Source: Mycobacterium sp. (GTDB lineage: Bacteria; Actinomycetota; Actinomycetes; Mycobacteriales; Mycobacteriaceae). Taken from it: a DNA stretch of 44,068 nucleotides. The stretch covers positions 1-44,068 of the forward strand of contig JBFYOQ010000039.1 in the NCBI GenBank assembly GCA_041303735.1, read 5' to 3'. Below, piece after piece: positions 38,942-44,068 of this stretch; the first letter of the stretch is position 1, and each line of letters opens with the position of its first letter. The notes beneath the pieces were generated by a model. The model made no database searches. It was not told where the DNA came from and saw only the letters and a program-made list of their open reading frames with translations. The position numbers were made by a program, and so were the translations under genes.

Positions 38942-39483
38942 TCGATCACGCTCTGGTCGGCTGGCCGTTCGTCGGCCTGCCGCTGATGGTGCTGCTCGGA
39001 CTCGGTGTCCGCGACGGCGCGACACCGGTGGACGCCTGGATGCAGCAGGCCCGCGGCGGCCCGTTGGGATCGCTACTGCTCTTCACCGACTACCGCACCG
39101 TCGCGGCGCTGCTGCTGACCGCCGTGGCGGTGTCGCTCTACCGGCGGATGTGGGCGCTGGTCCCGGTCATCGTCGTGGTGCCGATCGTGGCGGTATGGGC
39201 GGCGCGTGCTCTCAAACCGATCTTCGGCCGGCTCAAGGACGAGGGTCTGGCCTACCCCAGCGGCCACACCGCCGCGATGGTCGCGGTGCTGGGAATGTTG
39301 ATTCTCGCCATCGGGGTGCGGCGGTGGCTGCTGTGGGCCGTGGCGGTGTTCGCCGCGCTCGGCATCCTCGGCCAGTCCGTCACCTACCACTACTTCACCG
39401 ACGCGGTGGGCGCACTGCTGCTCGGGACATCATTGGTGTGCCTGACCGCCGCCGGTATGCGACGGCTGCGGTTGCGGCTGTGA
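38938..39483 (+). CDS. PAP2-family membrane phosphatase-like protein (start uncertain: CTG 38938 or ATG 38986)
   Basis: LKPIFGR, YPSGHT, YHYFTD; several TM segments. Confidence 0.7.
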   Translation: MIDHALVGWPFVGLPLMVLLGLGVRDGATPVDAWMQQARGGPLGSLLLFTDYRTVAALLLTAVAVSLYRRMWALVPVIVVVPIVAVWAARALKPIFGRLKDEGLAYPSGHTAAMVAVLGMLILAIGVRRWLLWAVAVFAALGILGQSVTYHYFTDAVGALLLGTSLVCLTAAGMRRLRLRL

Positions 39484-40343
39484 GCGCCGCCCGTTCGGCG
39501 GCCACCGCACTGATGTGGCTCATCACCACGGTCCTGCTTGCCGCGGCGCTGCCGGCGATGTGGGTGCAGACCAATCTCGTCGACCGCGCCGGCTACGCGT
39601 CCCTGGCGCAGCGCGCCGCCGGCGATCCGCAGTTGCAATCGGCGATCGCCACCGAGTTGACCGCACAGGTCGGCAGGTTGAGCCCGATTGCCGATTCCAC
39701 GTTGGTCAGCGCGATCGCCAAGACCTACACCGCCAGTTCGTCATTCCCGCCCCAGTTCGCCCAAGCAAACGCCTTCGCCCACCGCTGGCTGTTCACCGAC
39801 TCGGTTCTCGGCTCCGGCGTCGATCAGCAAGGCCGCTGGGTCATCGACTTCGCCCCGATGCTCTCCGACGCCGCGTTCGCCCAGACCCTGCGCGACTATT
39901 CCATCACCGTGCCCACCGCGTGGCCGATCCCCTTCACCGACACCGCCCCCGCGGCGCTTCGGCCGGGCTCTCTGCGGTCCTACGGCATGTGGATGCCGTG
40001 GGTCGGCTGGGGGCTGGCCGCGCTGACCGCCGCCGCCGCACTGCTGACGCTGTACGTCGCGGCCCGCCGCGGGAAGACACTTGCCGCACTGGGGGTTTCG
40101 GCTCTGCTGGTGGGTGCTGCCGGGTGGGGTGCCATCGAGTTCGGGCGGCGCTACACCCGGGCTGCGCTGGATGACAACACCTCGGGCAATCTGCGCCGCG
40201 TCGCCGACGGCATGGTCAGCACGGCGCAGAACAGCATGCACCAGTGGCTCAACCTCACCCTGGTCATCGGTGGCGGGCTGGTGATCGTCGGGGTGATCGT
40301 GTCGCTGTTAGCGAGCCTGTCCAAGCATCCGATGCAGAAATGA
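39480..40343 (+). CDS. Hypothetical membrane protein
   Basis: GTG overlaps upstream stop (GTGA); one N-terminal and three C-terminal hydrophobic helices. Confidence 0.7.
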   Translation: MSAARSAATALMWLITTVLLAAALPAMWVQTNLVDRAGYASLAQRAAGDPQLQSAIATELTAQVGRLSPIADSTLVSAIAKTYTASSSFPPQFAQANAFAHRWLFTDSVLGSGVDQQGRWVIDFAPMLSDAAFAQTLRDYSITVPTAWPIPFTDTAPAALRPGSLRSYGMWMPWVGWGLAALTAAAALLTLYVAARRGKTLAALGVSALLVGAAGWGAIEFGRRYTRAALDDNTSGNLRRVADGMVSTAQNSMHQWLNLTLVIGGGLVIVGVIVSLLASLSKHPMQK

Positions 40344-42323
40344 GAACGCCAGCGCGGACTTGAACGCCGTCTGGGCGTTGTCGGCGGCCCCGGCGTGACC
40401 GCCCTCGATGTTCTCGTAGTACCAGACCGGGTGACCGGCTTCCTCCAGGGCGGCGGTCATCTTGCGGGCGTGGCCGGGATGTACCCGGTCGTCGCGGGTG
40501 GAGGTGGTGATCAGCACCGGGGGATAGCTGTGCTCGGTGCTGATGTTCTGGTACGGCGAGTATTCGGAGATGAACGCCCACTCGTCCGGGTTCTCCGGAT
40601 CGCCGTACTCGGCCACCCACGACGCCCCCGCGAGCAGCAGGTGGAACCGCCTCATGTCCAGCAACGGCACCTGGCACACCAGCGCACCGAACAGTTCCGG
40701 GTACTTGGTGAGCATGATGCCCATCAGCAGTCCGCCGTTGCTGCCGCCCTGGGCGCCGAGTTGGGCCGCCGTGGTGATGCCCCGGGAGATCAGGTCCCGC
40801 GCCACCGCGGCGAAGTCCTCGCCGACCTTGTGCCGGCCCCCGCGAACGGCCTGGGTGTGCCAGCCCGGTCCGTACTCGCCGCCGCCGCGGATGTTGGCCA
40901 GCACATAGGTGCCGCCGCGGGACAGCCACAACCGGCCGAGCACGCCGCCGTAGCCGGGAGTCTGCGACACCTCGAAGCCGCCGTAACCACCCAGCAGCGT
41001 GGGTGCTGGCGACTGCGAACCCTTCTGCCCCACAACGAAATACGGAATCAAGGTGCCGTCATCGGATGCGGCGAAATGCTGGCTCACCGCCAGGTCGGAC
41101 GCATCGAAGAACGCCTGCGCGACCTTGATCGGGGTCAGTACGTCCCCGGCCGACCCATGCAGCAGCGTCGAGGGGGTGAGGAACCCGCTGGAGTCGAGGA
41201 AGATCTCGTCGCCGGTGTCGTCGGAGGCGATGATGACCGTGGTGCTGCTCGGCGGGCAGCCGGCGGCCGGTTCGCGGGTCCACGACCCGGGGGTGACGAT
41301 CTCGACCTGGCTGGCGACGTCGGCCAGGGTGACCATCACCAGCCGGTCGCGTGTCCACGCGTACTGGTGCAGGCAGGTGCGGGGATCGGGCTCGAACACC
41401 ACGGTCAGGTCCGCGGTGCCGTCGAGGAATGCCTCGTAGTCGGCTGCCAGCAGTGATCCGGCGAGGTAATCGGCGGTGCCGGTATGCCAGTCCGTCCGCA
41501 ACTCGATGAGTAGCCAGTTTCGGTGTACCGAGATGCCCGCGTCGGTCGGCACGTCGATGCGCACGAGCTCGCCGGCCCGCAATTGGTAGGTCTCGTCGTT
41601 GTAGAAGTCGATCGCGCGGGTGATCATGGTGCGCTCGTAGCCGGGCGTGCGATCCACCCCGGCTGCCACGACGACGTCGCCGCGCGACCCGGTGAACAGT
41701 GTCTCGGCCTCGGCCAGCGGCTGTCCGCGATGCCAGCGCTTGACGACCCGCGGGTAGCCGGACTCGGTCAGCGAATCGGGTCCGAAGTCCGTGCCGACCA
41801 GCAGGGTGTCGTGGTCGGACCACCCGACCCGCGACTTCGCCTCGGGCAACTCGAAACCGCCCGGTACGAAAGTCTTCGTCCGCATGTCGAACTCGCGGAC
41901 CACCGACGCATCCGATCCGCCACGCGATAGCGAGACCAGGGCCAGCGAATGATCCGGCTCGATGACGTCGGCACCTGCCCACACCCAATTCTCGCCGTCG
42001 GTGCGGGCCAGTTCATCGACGTCGATGATGACGTCCCAGTCCGGGCTGGCGGTGCGGTAGCTCTCCAGTGTGGTCCGCCGCCACAGCCCCCTGGGGTTGT
42101 CGGCGTCCCGCCAGAAGTTGTAGAGGTGAGCACCGCGGCGGCGGACGTAGGGGATGCGCGCGTCGGTGTCGAGCACCTCCAGGGTCAGGTCCCTCATCTG
42201 CTCGAACTCGGGGTCGGCGAACTCCGCGACGCAGGCGTCGTTGCGTTCCCGCACCCAGGTCAGGGCGTCGTCGCCGTCGATGTTCTCCAGCCACAGATTC
42301 GGGTCCTCGACCATGAGCGCCAT
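40308..42323 (-). CDS. Prolyl oligopeptidase S9A (Rv0457c-like)
   Basis: DPNLWLE, YGGF, NIRGGGEYG, GGSNGG, DDRVHP, GGHAG. Confidence 0.93.
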   Translation of the reverse strand: MALMVEDPNLWLENIDGDDALTWVRERNDACVAEFADPEFEQMRDLTLEVLDTDARIPYVRRRGAHLYNFWRDADNPRGLWRRTTLESYRTASPDWDVIIDVDELARTDGENWVWAGADVIEPDHSLALVSLSRGGSDASVVREFDMRTKTFVPGGFELPEAKSRVGWSDHDTLLVGTDFGPDSLTESGYPRVVKRWHRGQPLAEAETLFTGSRGDVVVAAGVDRTPGYERTMITRAIDFYNDETYQLRAGELVRIDVPTDAGISVHRNWLLIELRTDWHTGTADYLAGSLLAADYEAFLDGTADLTVVFEPDPRTCLHQYAWTRDRLVMVTLADVASQVEIVTPGSWTREPAAGCPPSSTTVIIASDDTGDEIFLDSSGFLTPSTLLHGSAGDVLTPIKVAQAFFDASDLAVSQHFAASDDGTLIPYFVVGQKGSQSPAPTLLGGYGGFEVSQTPGYGGVLGRLWLSRGGTYVLANIRGGGEYGPGWHTQAVRGGRHKVGEDFAAVARDLISRGITTAAQLGAQGGSNGGLLMGIMLTKYPELFGALVCQVPLLDMRRFHLLLAGASWVAEYGDPENPDEWAFISEYSPYQNISTEHSYPPVLITTSTRDDRVHPGHARKMTAALEEAGHPVWYYENIEGGHAGAADNAQTAFKSALAFSFLHRMLGQAR

Positions 42324-42382
42324 TGTCGCCCCCGGAGTACTGTGAGCTGCGTTACACGCCCCGATGAGGGCTCCGATAAGCA

Positions 42383-42423
42383 GTGCCCGACGAGAAGTGC
42401 CCGACGAGACGTGCCCGACGAGA
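42383..42423 (+). repeat. 3 x 14-bp-period direct repeat upstream of aldehyde dehydrogenase
   Basis: GTGCCCGACGAGA at 42383, 42397 and 42411. Confidence 0.9.
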
Positions 42424-42450
42424 TGAAGAATAAAGTCCCAGGAGCCGAAG

Positions 42451-43971
<1,521 letters not shown>

Positions 43972-43974
<3 letters not shown>

Positions 43975-44000
43975 TGAGCGCTTGCGCGAAGAAACGTTGA
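43972..44000 (+). repeat. MIRU-like junction element encoding minicistron MSACAKKR*
   Basis: TGATGAGCGCTTGCGCGAAGAA is 21/22 identical to the glnX/glnH element; ATG 43974 overlaps the upstream stop, TGA 43998-44000 overlaps TTG 43997. Confidence 0.8.
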
Positions 44001-44068
44001 GCACCGCCCCGCCGCGGGTACTCATCACCGAGGCGGCCGTGCAGTTGCTGGACCGATTGCGCGACCAA
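43997..44068 (+). CDS. DUF779 protein (Rv0459-like), 3'-truncated by window edge
   Basis: STAPPRVLITEAAVQLLDRLRDQ fits the DUF779 N-terminus that normally follows this aldehyde dehydrogenase. Confidence 0.7.
   Translation, partial: MSTAPPRVLITEAAVQLLDRLRDQ

Overview
High-GC core-genome segment of a rapidly growing mycobacterium (Mycolicibacterium-like; it carries an MspA-family porin), syntenic by my recollection with M. tuberculosis Rv0391-Rv0459: metZ, MBL hydrolase, fgd1, pta-ackA, glnX-glnH-pknG, mutT3, lpqL, thiD, xthA, def, napA-virR-sodC-Rv0433-Rv0434, AAA ATPase, pssA, psd, moeA2, groEL2 with tandem CIRCE, mycothiol transferase, prolyl oligopeptidase, aldehyde dehydrogenase. No rRNA, tRNA, CRISPR, transposase or phage genes were seen. 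Main departures from the expected locus: (1) thiE-thiO-thiS-thiG and thiC are absent from both of their usual positions while thiD remains; (2) a 22-nt element (TGATGAGCGCTYGCGCGAAGAA) sits on stop/start junctions at two distant operons, keeping translational coupling (MIRU-like); (3) several short tandem duplications at gene junctions and inside pta (G7/G6 tracts); (4) a SodC that appears to carry zinc ligands; (5) an Msp porin with a less acidic constriction. Homology calls are from motif recognition and memory, not database searches.
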